Assembly: GCA_903825285.1 (NCBI GenBank) | Contig: CAIJZY010000048.1 | Location: forward strand, 8,231 to 72,230 | Direction of reading: 5' to 3' | Origin: an uncultured Opitutia bacterium | GTDB taxonomy: Bacteria; Verrucomicrobiota; Verrucomicrobiia; Opitutales; Opitutaceae | Length of the DNA: 64,000 nt | Part shown: piece by piece, positions 9,409 through 18,530 of the stretch | Layout of the letters: each line of letters starts with the position of its first letter | Position numbering within the stretch: position 1 is the first letter of the stretch | Position numbers and translations under genes: made by a program | The notes under the pieces: generated by a model | What the model saw: only the letters and a program-made list of their open reading frames with translations | The model's database searches: none | Told to the model about the DNA's origin: nothing

Positions 9409-10550
9409 GGCGCGATGGTCTCGATGAACTTGAAGTGGCCGTCCTGGACCGTGAGGACCACGGCGGACTTGGTGGCGTTGCGGTGCGAGTCGATGGTCGT
9501 GCGGCCCGTGACGCCGTCGAAGTCCTTCGTCGCGGCGAGCGCGGCGCGGACCTTGCCGGCGTCGGTGGTCCCGGCGTGGCGGATGGCCGCGGCGAGGATC
9601 ATCACCGAGTCGTAGCCCAGGGCCGCCATCGCGTCGGGCGTCTCGTTGGCGAAGCGCGAGCGGAATTTCTTCACGAAGCCTTTCACGGCCGGCGCGGCGT
9701 TCTCGGCGGAGTAGTGCGTGGAGAAATAGGTTCCCTCCATCGCCTTGCCGCCGATCTCGATGAGCTGCGGGGCCTCCCAGCCGTCGCCGCCGAAGAGCGG
9801 GCCGGTCAGCTCCAGCTCGCGGGCCTGCTTGGCGATCAGCGCGGCCTCGGTGTAGTAGCCCGGGACGAAGATGCCGTCGACGCCGGCGGCCTTGATGGCG
9901 GTGAGCTGGGCCTTGAAGTCCTTGTCGCCCTCCGAGTACTTCTGCTCGAGGACCACGGTGCCGCCGAGCGCGGTGAACGTCTCGCGGAAGTACTTGGCGA
10001 GGTCGACGCTGTAGGGGGAGGAGACCGAGGTCAGCAGGGCGACCTTCTGCAGCTTGAGCGTGTGCCGGGCGAACTTGGCCATGACGGTGCCCTGGAACGG
10101 GTCGATGAAGCAGACCCGGAAGATGTAGCTGCCCATCTCGGTCACCCGCTTGTTGGTGGAGGCGGGCGTGATCATCGGCACCTTGAGCGACTGGGCGATC
10201 GGGGCGGCCTCAAGCGAGCGGCCGGAGGCGACCTCGCCGAGCAGGGCGACGACGTGGTCGCGGGAGAGGAGCTTTTTGGCGATGGTGGCGGACTCGCCCG
10301 GCTTGGACTGGTTGTCCTCGGTGAGCAGCTCCAGCGGGCGGCCGAGCACGCCGCCGGTGGTGTTGAGCTCCTCGATCGCGAGCAGCGTGCCCTTGTGCGA
10401 GGACTGGCCGAAGGCGGCCTCCTTGCCGGTGAGCGAGGCGAATTCGCCGACCTTGATCGGGTCGGGCGCGGCGGGCGCAGCGGGCTCGGCGCCCGGCAGC
10501 GCGGCGGCGGCCAGGGCCGCCAGCCCGAGGAAACGGAGGAATGGGTGCAT
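9405..10550 (-). CDS. ABC transporter substrate-binding protein, LivK/LivJ family, copy 2
   Basis: The track ORF 9405..10910 is trimmed to the ATG at 10550 (MHPFLRFLGLAALAAAALPG, a signal peptide). It is a paralog of 8257..9408 (IKVGEFASLTGKEAAFG). Confidence 0.85.
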   Translation of the reverse strand: MHPFLRFLGLAALAAAALPGAEPAAPAAPDPIKVGEFASLTGKEAAFGQSSHKGTLLAIEELNTTGGVLGRPLELLTEDNQSKPGESATIAKKLLSRDHVVALLGEVASGRSLEAAPIAQSLKVPMITPASTNKRVTEMGSYIFRVCFIDPFQGTVMAKFARHTLKLQKVALLTSVSSPYSVDLAKYFRETFTALGGTVVLEQKYSEGDKDFKAQLTAIKAAGVDGIFVPGYYTEAALIAKQARELELTGPLFGGDGWEAPQLIEIGGKAMEGTYFSTHYSAENAAPAVKGFVKKFRSRFANETPDAMAALGYDSVMILAAAIRHAGTTDAGKVRAALAATKDFDGVTGRTTIDSHRNATKSAVVLTVQDGHFKFIETIAP

Positions 10551-10764
10551 AAAGGAACGAAGGGAAGGCACGGGCGAGGCGAGAAGGAAGGGGGAGGAGG
10601 TCGGGATTTTCAATCTCACTGTTGACCCCCCGGAGCAGCCCGTGTGCCGGACCCGGGCCGAAATCGGCGAACCGCGCGCCCTTCCCGGTGTCACGGCGGG
10701 CGTGACCCCGGGTTTGCTGGATTGGGTTTTGCCTTTGGGGCGGCGGCGGCTTTGCTCGGCGCCG

Positions 10765-11877
10765 GTGAACACCTTTGACCGACACCTGCTGCGCGAATGG
10801 CTCGCGATCCTGGGCCTGGTGCTCGGCGCGACCGTGGGGCTGATGATGGTCCAGGTGATGTACGACGACTTCCGGACGCTCCGCGAGCTCGGGGCGCGCG
10901 GCGTGGACATGCTGGTCTACCTCGGCGTGACGCTGCCGAGCTTCCTGGCCGTGGTGCTGCCGCTGGCGCTGCTGCTCTCGCTGCTCTTCGTGCTCGGCAA
11001 GCTCCACCGCGCGAACGAATTCACCGCGCTGCGCGCCGCCGGCGTGAGCCTCGGGCGCATCACGGCCCCGGTGTGGCTGGTGGGCCTCGCGGCCTGCGGC
11101 CTCTCGTGGTGGCTCAACTCGTCCGTGGTGCCCTGGTCCGTCGAGGCCTCGCGCGAGCTGCGCGAGAACCTGACCTTCCGCAAGCAGGCCGGCACCGTCG
11201 CGGCCGACCGCATCGGGGCGGTCGAGAGCGTCGCCTTCGACAACCAGCGCGCCCAGCGCGTCTGGTTCTTCAACCGCTACAGCACGTTCCTGCACCGCGG
11301 CTACGGCGTGACCGTCTCCGAGCTCGACGAGCACCGGCGCGAGCGGTCCCGGCTGGTGGCGGCCGAGGCGTCCTTCGGCGAGCACGGCGAGGGCTGGATC
11401 TTCCGGGACGGGCGCGTGCTGACCTTCAATCCCGAGACCGGCGAGCTGCAGGACGCCGCGGCGTTCGCCAGCCTGGTGCGGGGCCAGTACCGCGAGGACC
11501 CCAAGCTCATGCTGCTGATCGACCGGCGGCCGGTGGACCTCTCGTTCTCCGAGCTGCGCCGGCTCATCGACTACCTGGAGTACGAGAACCCGGTCAAGGC
11601 CACGCCCTATGCGGTGCGCTACTACAGCCTGATCGCGTACATTTTCGGGCCGCTGATCGTGATCGCCATCGCGATCCCCTTCGCCGTCACCGGCGTGCGC
11701 GTGAACCCGGCGGTGGGCGTGTCGAAGTCGTTCGGCCTGTTCTTCCTTTACTACATCCTCGACAACGTCGCCTCGTCGCTCGCCACCAAGCAGCTGGTCG
11801 ACCCGCAGCTCGCCGCCTGGCTGCCCAACCTCGGCATGGCGGCGCTCGCCATCTGGCTGTTCTCGCGCCTGCGCTGA
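10765..11877 (+). CDS. LptF/LptG (YjgP/YjgQ) family LPS export permease
   Basis: The track ORF 10150..11877 is trimmed to the in-frame GTG at 10765 (NTFDRHLLREWLAILGLVLGATVGLMMV...), giving 370 aa, the usual size. The upstream part of the ORF is antisense to the binding-protein gene. Confidence 0.75.
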   Translation: MNTFDRHLLREWLAILGLVLGATVGLMMVQVMYDDFRTLRELGARGVDMLVYLGVTLPSFLAVVLPLALLLSLLFVLGKLHRANEFTALRAAGVSLGRITAPVWLVGLAACGLSWWLNSSVVPWSVEASRELRENLTFRKQAGTVAADRIGAVESVAFDNQRAQRVWFFNRYSTFLHRGYGVTVSELDEHRRERSRLVAAEASFGEHGEGWIFRDGRVLTFNPETGELQDAAAFASLVRGQYREDPKLMLLIDRRPVDLSFSELRRLIDYLEYENPVKATPYAVRYYSLIAYIFGPLIVIAIAIPFAVTGVRVNPAVGVSKSFGLFFLYYILDNVASSLATKQLVDPQLAAWLPNLGMAALAIWLFSRLR

Positions 11878-11889
11878 AGGCCAGGGGGA

Positions 11890-11930
11890 CCGCTAATGGA
11901 ATTTCGCCAGGGGCGAAGTCCGATTAGCGG
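11890..11930. terminator. Imperfect 19-bp hairpin between convergent lptF/G-like and dgkA genes
   Basis: CCGCTAATGGAATTTCGCC (11890-11908) pairs with GGCGAAGTCCGATTAGCGG (11912-11930) at 16 of 19 positions. The right arm overlaps the dgkA stop codon. Confidence 0.45.
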
Positions 11931-12412
11931 TAACCTCCACCCAGCAGCCGGTGCCAGACCGCGTTGCTGGGCCACAGCATGATCACCCACACGACGATGC
12001 AGTTGATGTAGCTGAGGAAGACCGCGGCGCTGGCCATGTCCTTGATCCGCTTGGCGAGCGGGTGCCGCTCGGGACGCAGGTAGTCGATGATCCACTCGAT
12101 CGCGGAGTTGAGCAGCTCGGCGATCAGGATGAGGATCAGCGAGGAGATCATCAGCGCGGTGGAGACCGCGTTGACCGGCAGGATGATCGCGAGCGGGACC
12201 AGCAGGATGGCAAAAATCAGGTCCTCACGGAACGACGGCTCGTGCTTCACCGCCGCGAAGAACCCCTCGATGGCGTACCGGACCGACGCGAAGAAATTCC
12301 GGAAGCTGCGGCGCTTCAGCTCATTTTTCTCTTCGGGGGTGGCCACGGCGCGGGACCCTAGGCGGGTGGCCCGCGGGGAGGAAGCGGAATTTAACGCAGC
12401 CGGCCGGATCAC
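11924..12412 (-). CDS. dgkA: Diacylglycerol kinase (DgkA family)
   Basis: Contains the DgkA core RNFFASVRYAIEGFFAAVKHEPSFRED...AELLNSAIEWIIDYL. The only ATG gives 162 aa, longer than usual, so the true start may be internal or non-ATG. Confidence 0.8.
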   Translation of the reverse strand: MIRPAALNSASSPRATRLGSRAVATPEEKNELKRRSFRNFFASVRYAIEGFFAAVKHEPSFREDLIFAILLVPLAIILPVNAVSTALMISSLILILIAELLNSAIEWIIDYLRPERHPLAKRIKDMASAAVFLSYINCIVVWVIMLWPSNAVWHRLLGGGYR

Positions 12413-13095
12413 GGCGCCGGCTTGGGCGGCGCGGCCTCCGGGGTGACGGGCCGCAGGACCAGCGTCTTGGTCTCGGCCTTGCCCGCGACGCGGAGCGTGA
12501 GCTTCACAGGCAGGGCGAGCGATTCCACGCCCAGCAGCGACTGCATCGCGCCGGGCTCGCCGACCGTGCCGGGCTCCAGGGTGAATTTGTCGGGGCGGGT
12601 GGCGAAGTTGCCGAGCTCGGAGTCCAGGTCGGTGATCTCGACCGTGAGCGTGGCGTCGGACTGGTTCTCCAGCCGCAGGCGCAGCATCGCCGGGGGCATC
12701 GGGCTGTCCGCATAGCGCGGGCGCAGCTCCTCGGAGCTGTCGGCGTCGTACTGCTCGGGCCGGCCCTCGCCGCCGCCCATGCTCTCGCCACCGCCGCGGT
12801 GGCGGCCGCCGCCCATGCTGGCGCTGGCCATGCTGGAGCCACCTATGCTGGGGCCGCCCTTGCCGCCGCGTCCGCCGGGACCCTTGCCCGGGACGCGTTC
12901 GCCGGCGGTGTTGCCGAGGGTGAGCTGGGCGAGGACCTTGCCCTGGAAGAAGGTGTCGCTCGCCGCCATCGGGGGCACCGCGCGGCGGGCCTCCTCCATG
13001 GCGCGACGGTCGGGGCCGGACTCACAGCCGGCGAGGAGAAGGAACAGCAGGCCGCAGAGGGCCGCGGGCAGCAGGCGGGGCAGGAGCAGTTTCAT
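12409..13095 (-). CDS. Hypothetical lipoprotein with a Gly/Ser/Met-rich low-complexity linker
   Basis: The N-terminus MKLLLPRLLPAALCGLLFLLLAGC has a lipobox (LAGC). I recognise no family. Its stop overlaps the dgkA start by 4 nt. Confidence 0.6.
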   Translation of the reverse strand: MKLLLPRLLPAALCGLLFLLLAGCESGPDRRAMEEARRAVPPMAASDTFFQGKVLAQLTLGNTAGERVPGKGPGGRGGKGGPSIGGSSMASASMGGGRHRGGGESMGGGEGRPEQYDADSSEELRPRYADSPMPPAMLRLRLENQSDATLTVEITDLDSELGNFATRPDKFTLEPGTVGEPGAMQSLLGVESLALPVKLTLRVAGKAETKTLVLRPVTPEAAPPKPAP

Positions 13096-13141
13096 GGGAG
13101 CAGGGGCTGATGACGCCGTCGCCGCGGGAAAGTTCCGCGCC

Positions 13142-13759
13142 TCAGGCCCAGTTGAAGTTGAAGCTGATGCTGATGCGCTCGGCGGTGACGCGGTTGGCGG
13201 GCACCTCGTGGCGGAGCCAGCTCTCGAACAGCACGACGTGGCCGGCGACGGCGGGATAGGTGACGTAGGTGCGGTGGGCGGGGCGGGCGTCGGCGCGCTT
13301 CGGCGGCGCGGCCATGAACCGGTCGAGGCGGGGATCCTCGAACTTCAGGCCCGGGCAGCCCCGCGGCGTGGCGACGTAGTAGGTGCCGCTGATGCACGAC
13401 AGCGGGTGCAGGTGCAGCGTGTGCGCGGCGGACGGCGGCATCAGGTTTACCCAGCAGTCGGTCAGCGCGAGGTCCCGGCCCTGCAGGTCGAGGTCGAGCA
13501 GCCGCGCGTACACCCGCGCGTGGCGCAGCAGCTTCTGCTCCAGCGCGCCGAACGTGCTCGAGAACCGGTGCAGCGTGTTCATCGAGGCGTAGCTGGTGTA
13601 GCCGCCCGGATAGTTTTTCGCCGACCAGCGCCGGCCGGCGTCGTCGTAGTCGCGGATGCGGTGGCACTCCTCGGTCAGATCGGCGTTGAGCCGGGCGAGG
13701 CCGGACGCCTGCAGCGGCGCGCGGTAGATCTGGGTGGCGAACCAGGAGCGGGCGGGCAT
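13142..13759 (-). CDS. Putative 2OG-Fe(II) oxygenase-like protein (TIGR02466-type)
   Basis: The track ORF is trimmed to the ATG at 13759 (MPARSWFATQIYRAPL...). HLHPLSCISGTYYV...LKFEDPR...LFESWLRHEV resembles the small cupin/2OG-oxygenase family that I recall as TIGR02466. Confidence 0.6.
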   Translation of the reverse strand: MPARSWFATQIYRAPLQASGLARLNADLTEECHRIRDYDDAGRRWSAKNYPGGYTSYASMNTLHRFSSTFGALEQKLLRHARVYARLLDLDLQGRDLALTDCWVNLMPPSAAHTLHLHPLSCISGTYYVATPRGCPGLKFEDPRLDRFMAAPPKRADARPAHRTYVTYPAVAGHVVLFESWLRHEVPANRVTAERISISFNFNWA

Positions 13760-13801
13760 GGCGCGAGGGTGAGCCGCGCGGGCCCGGCGCGGCAACGGCG
13801 A

Positions 13802-13825
13802 AAAAGCGCGCCCGCCCGCGCTTTT
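13802..13825. terminator. Symmetric terminator-like hairpin AAAAGCGCG-CCCGCC-CGCGCTTTT
   Basis: Perfect 9-bp stem flanked by an A-run and a T-run. It sits in a divergent spacer where no terminator is expected. Confidence 0.3.
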
Positions 13826-13877
13826 GCCTCGCGGCCCGCGGGCCGTTCCTGCCGTGATGGCCGCGCACCCCGCCGCC

Positions 13878-15368
13878 ATGCCGACCCGCCGCCTGCTCCC
13901 GCTCCTCTGCCTGCTGGCCGTCGCCGCGACGGCCGCCCCCGTTCCCGTCGCGCCGCGCGACCGGCTGCTCCAGGTGGACCACATCCCCGCCGCCGACCAG
14001 CAGCCCGGCCACCGCTTCGACTACAGCGACTACAACCGCGTCGAGCTCCTCTCCCTCGTGCGCGACCAGGCCCTGCTGCTCGCCACGGCCGCGGAGGCCG
14101 CCGACCTGCAGCGCGCCGGCTACCAGGTGACGACCCTCCTCCAGAGCGCGGACCCGCTCACGCTTTACCGCCGCGCGCTCTACGGCCCGACCCTGCGGCT
14201 GCCGTCCGTCTACCACACCTACGACCAGATCGTGGCCCGGGCGGACGAGCTCGTGCGGCTGCACCCCGAGCGCATCGCGCGGGTGACGATCGGCGAGACC
14301 ACCCAGTACCACCGGCCGATCTACGCCTACCGCGTCTCCCGCGACGCCCGCGTGCCGCAGCCGCTCCCCGGCGTGCTGTTCGACGGCTGCCACCATGCCG
14401 ACGAGGTCATGGGCGCGGAGATCGTGACGGCCCTCCTGGAGCAGCTCGTGCTCGGCTATGGCCGCGACCCGCGGGTGACCGGGTGGGTGGACCACTGCGA
14501 GATCTACTTCGTGCCGGTGGTAAACGTGGACGGCCACGACATCGTGACGTCCGGCCGCGACCCGCGCTGGCGCAAGAACGCGCGCGACGTGAACGGCGAC
14601 GGCGTGGCGGGCGTGTTCCCCGAGGGCGTGGACGTCAACCGCGGCTACGACTTCAACTGGGCGATGGGCGGATCCGACCAGCCCGCGTCGGACCGTTACC
14701 GCGGTCCGCATCCGTTCTCCGAGGCGGAGAACCGCGCGATGCGGCGGCTCGTCGAGCTGAAGCCGTTCGTGCTCTCGATTTCCTACCACAGCCAGGGCGA
14801 GGTGATCTACTATCCCTGGGCGTGGAACGGGCTCGCGGCGCCGGACGACGCGCTGCTCAAGGAGATCGCCGGCGCGATGGCGGCGCGCATCCGCACGATG
14901 GACGGCAAGGGCACGTACGCGGTGTCGCCCGGCGGTCCGTCGAGCCAGAGCTACGCGTGGCTGTACGGCCGCAAGGGCGACTTCGACTTCATCATCGAAA
15001 CCGGCAAGGGCGCGCATCTCTTCGCGCCGACGGAGGTGCCCGGCCTGATCGCGGCGAACCTGCCCGGCGCGCAGGCGCTGCTCGACCGCGCGGCGGGACC
15101 GGGGCTGGCGGTGCGCGTGACCGACGCGGCGTCCGGCCGGCCGCTCGTGGCGCAGGTGTGGCTGCCGCGGATCGAGAACGAGACCGTGGACCGCCGAGCA
15201 ACCGACCCGCAGTTCGGGTGTTACTGGCGGCTGCTGCGGCCGGGCAAGTACGACCTGATCATCTCCGCCGCGGGCCACGCGCCCGCGGTGCTCCCCGGCA
15301 TCGAGGTGAAACCCGGCGAGTGGACCCCGCTCGAGGTGGCGCTGAAGCCCGAGTCTCCGGCTCCCTGA
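13878..15368 (+). CDS. M14-family zinc carboxypeptidase, secreted
   Basis: The HxxE zinc motif lies in LFDGCHHADEVMGAEI, together with VPVVNVDGHD and GVDVNRGYDFNW. The start is set at MPTRRLLPLLCLLAVAATAAP (signal peptide), but 13824 or 13857 are alternatives. Confidence 0.8.
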   Translation: MPTRRLLPLLCLLAVAATAAPVPVAPRDRLLQVDHIPAADQQPGHRFDYSDYNRVELLSLVRDQALLLATAAEAADLQRAGYQVTTLLQSADPLTLYRRALYGPTLRLPSVYHTYDQIVARADELVRLHPERIARVTIGETTQYHRPIYAYRVSRDARVPQPLPGVLFDGCHHADEVMGAEIVTALLEQLVLGYGRDPRVTGWVDHCEIYFVPVVNVDGHDIVTSGRDPRWRKNARDVNGDGVAGVFPEGVDVNRGYDFNWAMGGSDQPASDRYRGPHPFSEAENRAMRRLVELKPFVLSISYHSQGEVIYYPWAWNGLAAPDDALLKEIAGAMAARIRTMDGKGTYAVSPGGPSSQSYAWLYGRKGDFDFIIETGKGAHLFAPTEVPGLIAANLPGAQALLDRAAGPGLAVRVTDAASGRPLVAQVWLPRIENETVDRRATDPQFGCYWRLLRPGKYDLIISAAGHAPAVLPGIEVKPGEWTPLEVALKPESPAP

Positions 15369-15425
15369 GCCCCGTCGGACGGGTGGATGAAGTGTGGGAG
15401 CGAGCTTGCTCGCGACTCCTCTGAT

Positions 15426-16949
15426 TTATCTGACCCCGCCCATCAGCTTTCGCACCCACGGCACGAGGGCAAAGAGCACGAGCGTGCAGGCGCCGACACC
15501 GAGCGCCTGGTGCCAGAAGAACGTGGCCAGGTGGCCGGGATCCCCGCCCTGGAATTCGCCCGCCAGCACTCCCGCGAGCTTGTTGCCCAGCGCGTCGGCG
15601 AGGAACCACAGTCCCATGACCAGGCCGACCAGCCGCGCCGGCGCGAGCTTGGTCATGGTGGAGAGCCCGACCGGGCTGAGCAGCATCTCCCCGACCGTCT
15701 GCAGCAGGTACAGCCCGAGCAGCCAGGCCGGGCCGACGCGGCCGGCGGCGGTGAGCTTGGCGGCGGGCACCATGAGCAGGAAGGACAGCGCCACGAACAG
15801 CAGGCCGAGCGCGAACTTCAGCGGGCTCGACGGCTGCCGTGAGCCGAGACGGATCCAGAGGAACGCGAACACCGGTGCCAGCACGATGACCCAGACCGAG
15901 TTGACCGACTGCCACCATGACGACGGGAAGGGCAGGCCGAGGACCTCGTTGCGGGTGAGCTGGTCGGCGAACAGCGTGAGCGTCGAGCCGGACTGCTCGA
16001 AGATCGCCCAGAACACCTCGGCGGCGAAGAAGAAGACGAGGATCGCGGCCAGGCGCGGGTGATCGGGGCCGGGCCGGAAGGCGAAGTAGAGGATGGCGGC
16101 GATCTGGAACGCGAAGAGCCCGTAGACCAGCTGCGGGTGATCGTCGCACGCCTCCATGAGCACGATGAGGGCGAGCGAGCCGAGCGCGACGAGCCCCAGC
16201 CGGCCCCACGGGCGGGCGGCGCCCGGAGCGGGGGCGTGGCCCACGTGCGCGAGCCGGGCGCGCTGCAGCACGTACATGACCACGCCGAGGGTCATGCCGA
16301 TGCCGGCGGCGGCGAAGCCCCAGTGCCAGCTGCGCAGCGGGTTCAGGCCCCAGGCGGCGAGCCGGGCGGACCACCACGTGCCCTGCGCGAGGAAGCCGGT
16401 GACCAGCGGCGCAAGAAAGGCGCCGAGGTTGATGCCCATGTAGAAGATCGAGAACCCGGCGTCGCGGCGCTCGTCGTGCGGCGGGTACAGCGTGCCCACC
16501 ATGGTCGAGATGTTCGGCTTGAGCAGGCCGGTGCCGAGGGCGATCAGGACGAGCCCGGCGAAGAAGGCCGGGACCGAGTCGAAGGCCATCGAGTAGTGTC
16601 CGCACGCGATGACGATGCCGCCGGCCAGCACGGCGCGCCGGGCGCCGATGAAGTTGTCGGCGATGAACCCGCCCAGGATCGAGAGCAGGTAGACGCTCAT
16701 CGTGTACGTGCCGTAGATGGCGGCGGCGCGCTTGGTGTCGTAGCCCAGCCCGCCCTCCGCCGCGGCCTTCACCATGAAGAGCATCAGCAGCGCCCGCATG
16801 CCGTAGAAGCTGAAGCGCTCCCACATCTCGGTGAAAAACAGCGTGGTCAGGCCGCGCGGGTGGCCGCCGAGGCCGCCGGCGCCAAGCGGGTCGGACGTGG
16901 GCACGGGGCCCACGTCGGTCGGGAGCGCGTCGGGCGCGGTGGGACTCAT
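15426..16949 (-). CDS. Proton-dependent oligopeptide transporter (POT/PTR2, DtpT-like)
   Basis: PTR2 signature FFTEMWERFSFYGMRALL and GGFIADNFIGARR. The track ORF 15426..17552 is trimmed to the ATG at 16949. Confidence 0.88.
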   Translation of the reverse strand: MSPTAPDALPTDVGPVPTSDPLGAGGLGGHPRGLTTLFFTEMWERFSFYGMRALLMLFMVKAAAEGGLGYDTKRAAAIYGTYTMSVYLLSILGGFIADNFIGARRAVLAGGIVIACGHYSMAFDSVPAFFAGLVLIALGTGLLKPNISTMVGTLYPPHDERRDAGFSIFYMGINLGAFLAPLVTGFLAQGTWWSARLAAWGLNPLRSWHWGFAAAGIGMTLGVVMYVLQRARLAHVGHAPAPGAARPWGRLGLVALGSLALIVLMEACDDHPQLVYGLFAFQIAAILYFAFRPGPDHPRLAAILVFFFAAEVFWAIFEQSGSTLTLFADQLTRNEVLGLPFPSSWWQSVNSVWVIVLAPVFAFLWIRLGSRQPSSPLKFALGLLFVALSFLLMVPAAKLTAAGRVGPAWLLGLYLLQTVGEMLLSPVGLSTMTKLAPARLVGLVMGLWFLADALGNKLAGVLAGEFQGGDPGHLATFFWHQALGVGACTLVLFALVPWVRKLMGGVR

Positions 16950-17049
16950 GGGCGCGGAGCCTGGGGACCGCGCCGGCCGGGGCCAAGCCAAAGCCAGCCT
17001 TCCCGCTCGCCATCCCCGGGCGGACTTTCCAGCTTGGCCCTCCCGCCGC

Positions 17050-18255
17050 ATGAAACGAACACTGCCCTGGGTCCTGGTTCTGCTCGCCCTGCTCCTCCCG
17101 CTGCGCGCCGCCGCGGAGGCCCTGCTGGTGCCGCCGACCGGCGTGGCCCGCGCGGGCCAGGTGCTGCACCTGACCATGTACCTCAACAACCCGGCGGCGG
17201 TGCCATACACCTTCCACGTGCCCGACTCGCTCCGCGTCGACCTGGCCAGCGCGAGCGAGCTGCGGCGCCTGCAGGCGGTGACGGCCGCGACGGACGCGGG
17301 GACAACGCGGGTGGTGCCGGCGATGAGCTTCACGACGGTGGACCTGGCCGTGGTGCTGCCGGACACGCTCGAGGGCACGGTCTCACTGCGCGTCCTGGAC
17401 CTGGGCACCAACGCCGTGATGTTCAACGTGACCCCGGCGGCGGTGGTGAAGGCGACGCCGCGCGCGCTGCAGGCGGCCGAGACGGCGGTGGCGAACCGGG
17501 CGCCGGACCTGGACCTGGCCACGGACCGCGAGATGATCCGGCGGCACATCACGCGCTACGAGCCGATCTACTTCGCCGTGGGCTTTGCCGACGGGGCGAA
17601 CTCCAAGTTCCAGTTCAGCTTCAAGTACCTCCTCATCGCGGCGAGCACCAACGACCCGGAGTGGTGGAACCATCTTTACCTCGGCTACACGCAGACCTCG
17701 CTGTGGGACCTGTCGTCGCCGTCCAAGCCCTTCTACGACACGAGCTACAAGCCCACGGTCTTTTATTACCGCGAGGGATCGCCCGCGACGGCCTCGTGGC
17801 TCGCGCGGCTCGGCTGGCAGGCCGGCGTGCAGCATGAGTCGAACGGCAAGGGCGACGCGGCCTCCCGCAGCCTCAACACGGCCTATGTCACGCCGATCAG
17901 CGCCTGGACCGTGGGTGGCAACTGGCGCCTGATGGTGGCGCCCCGGGTGATCGTGTACCTGGAGAAGGGCGAGAATCCCGACCTCGCAAAGTATCGCGGC
18001 AACGTCGAGCTGCTGCTGCGGTTCGGGCAGGACAAGGGGCTCCAGCTGAACGCGCTCCTCCGCAAGGGCAATGGCACCGGCTATGGCAGCGGCCAGCTGG
18101 ACGTCACCTGGCCCCTGCGGCGCGTGCCGGGCCTGTCGCCGAATGCGGGCGGCTACCTCCAGCTCCAGTACTTCAATGGGTGGGGCGAGAGCCTGCTCGA
18201 CTACAACAAGCGTTCGCCCGACCAGCTACGCTTCGGCTACACGATCGTGCGATGA
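17050..18255 (+). CDS. pldA: Outer-membrane phospholipase A1 (OMPLA family)
   Basis: Signal peptide MKRTLPWVLVLLALLLPLRAAA. OMPLA motifs YEPIYF, GYTQTSLWDL and the catalytic GVQHESNG are present. Confidence 0.75.
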   Translation: MKRTLPWVLVLLALLLPLRAAAEALLVPPTGVARAGQVLHLTMYLNNPAAVPYTFHVPDSLRVDLASASELRRLQAVTAATDAGTTRVVPAMSFTTVDLAVVLPDTLEGTVSLRVLDLGTNAVMFNVTPAAVVKATPRALQAAETAVANRAPDLDLATDREMIRRHITRYEPIYFAVGFADGANSKFQFSFKYLLIAASTNDPEWWNHLYLGYTQTSLWDLSSPSKPFYDTSYKPTVFYYREGSPATASWLARLGWQAGVQHESNGKGDAASRSLNTAYVTPISAWTVGGNWRLMVAPRVIVYLEKGENPDLAKYRGNVELLLRFGQDKGLQLNALLRKGNGTGYGSGQLDVTWPLRRVPGLSPNAGGYLQLQYFNGWGESLLDYNKRSPDQLRFGYTIVR

Positions 18256-18530
18256 GTGCCGTCGTCGCGGCGTACCTCGCGGCCAGCCTCGTCACGTTCC
18301 TGCTCTACGCAGCGGACCGGCGCGCGGCCCGGCGCGGCGCGCGGCGGATCCGCGAGCGCACGCTGCAGGTTTGGGCGCTGGCGGGCGGGTTCGCGGGCGC
18401 GCTGGCGGGCCAGGCGCTGCTGCGGCACAAGACGCGGCATGCGGCGCTCGTGCTCGGCGCGTGGCTGGGCCTGGCGCTCCACGCGGCGGTGTGGATCTGG
18501 TGGCTCACTTCCGCCGGAAGATCGGCGTGA
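18252..18530 (+). CDS. DUF1294 family membrane protein
   Basis: ATGA start/stop overlap with pldA. AADRRAARRGARRIRERTLQVWALAGGFAGALAGQALLRHKTRH matches the DUF1294 pattern. Confidence 0.7.
   Translation: MSAVVAAYLAASLVTFLLYAADRRAARRGARRIRERTLQVWALAGGFAGALAGQALLRHKTRHAALVLGAWLGLALHAAVWIWWLTSAGRSA

Noticed and set aside
10150-10764. Long N-terminal extension of the LptF/G-like ORF (MLVEAG... start at 10150)
   Set aside because: It overlaps the binding-protein gene on the opposite strand by about 400 nt. Family-typical sequence (xNTFDRHLLREW) begins at the GTG at 10765, which gives the normal length.
12779-15424. 881-aa plus-strand and 728-aa minus-strand (13092..15278) ORFs over the 2OG-oxygenase-like and M14 carboxypeptidase genes
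   Set aside because: These are shadow frames. The recognised genes (HxxE carboxypeptidase motif; cupin-like HLHP...) lie in other frames or on the other strand and explain the region.
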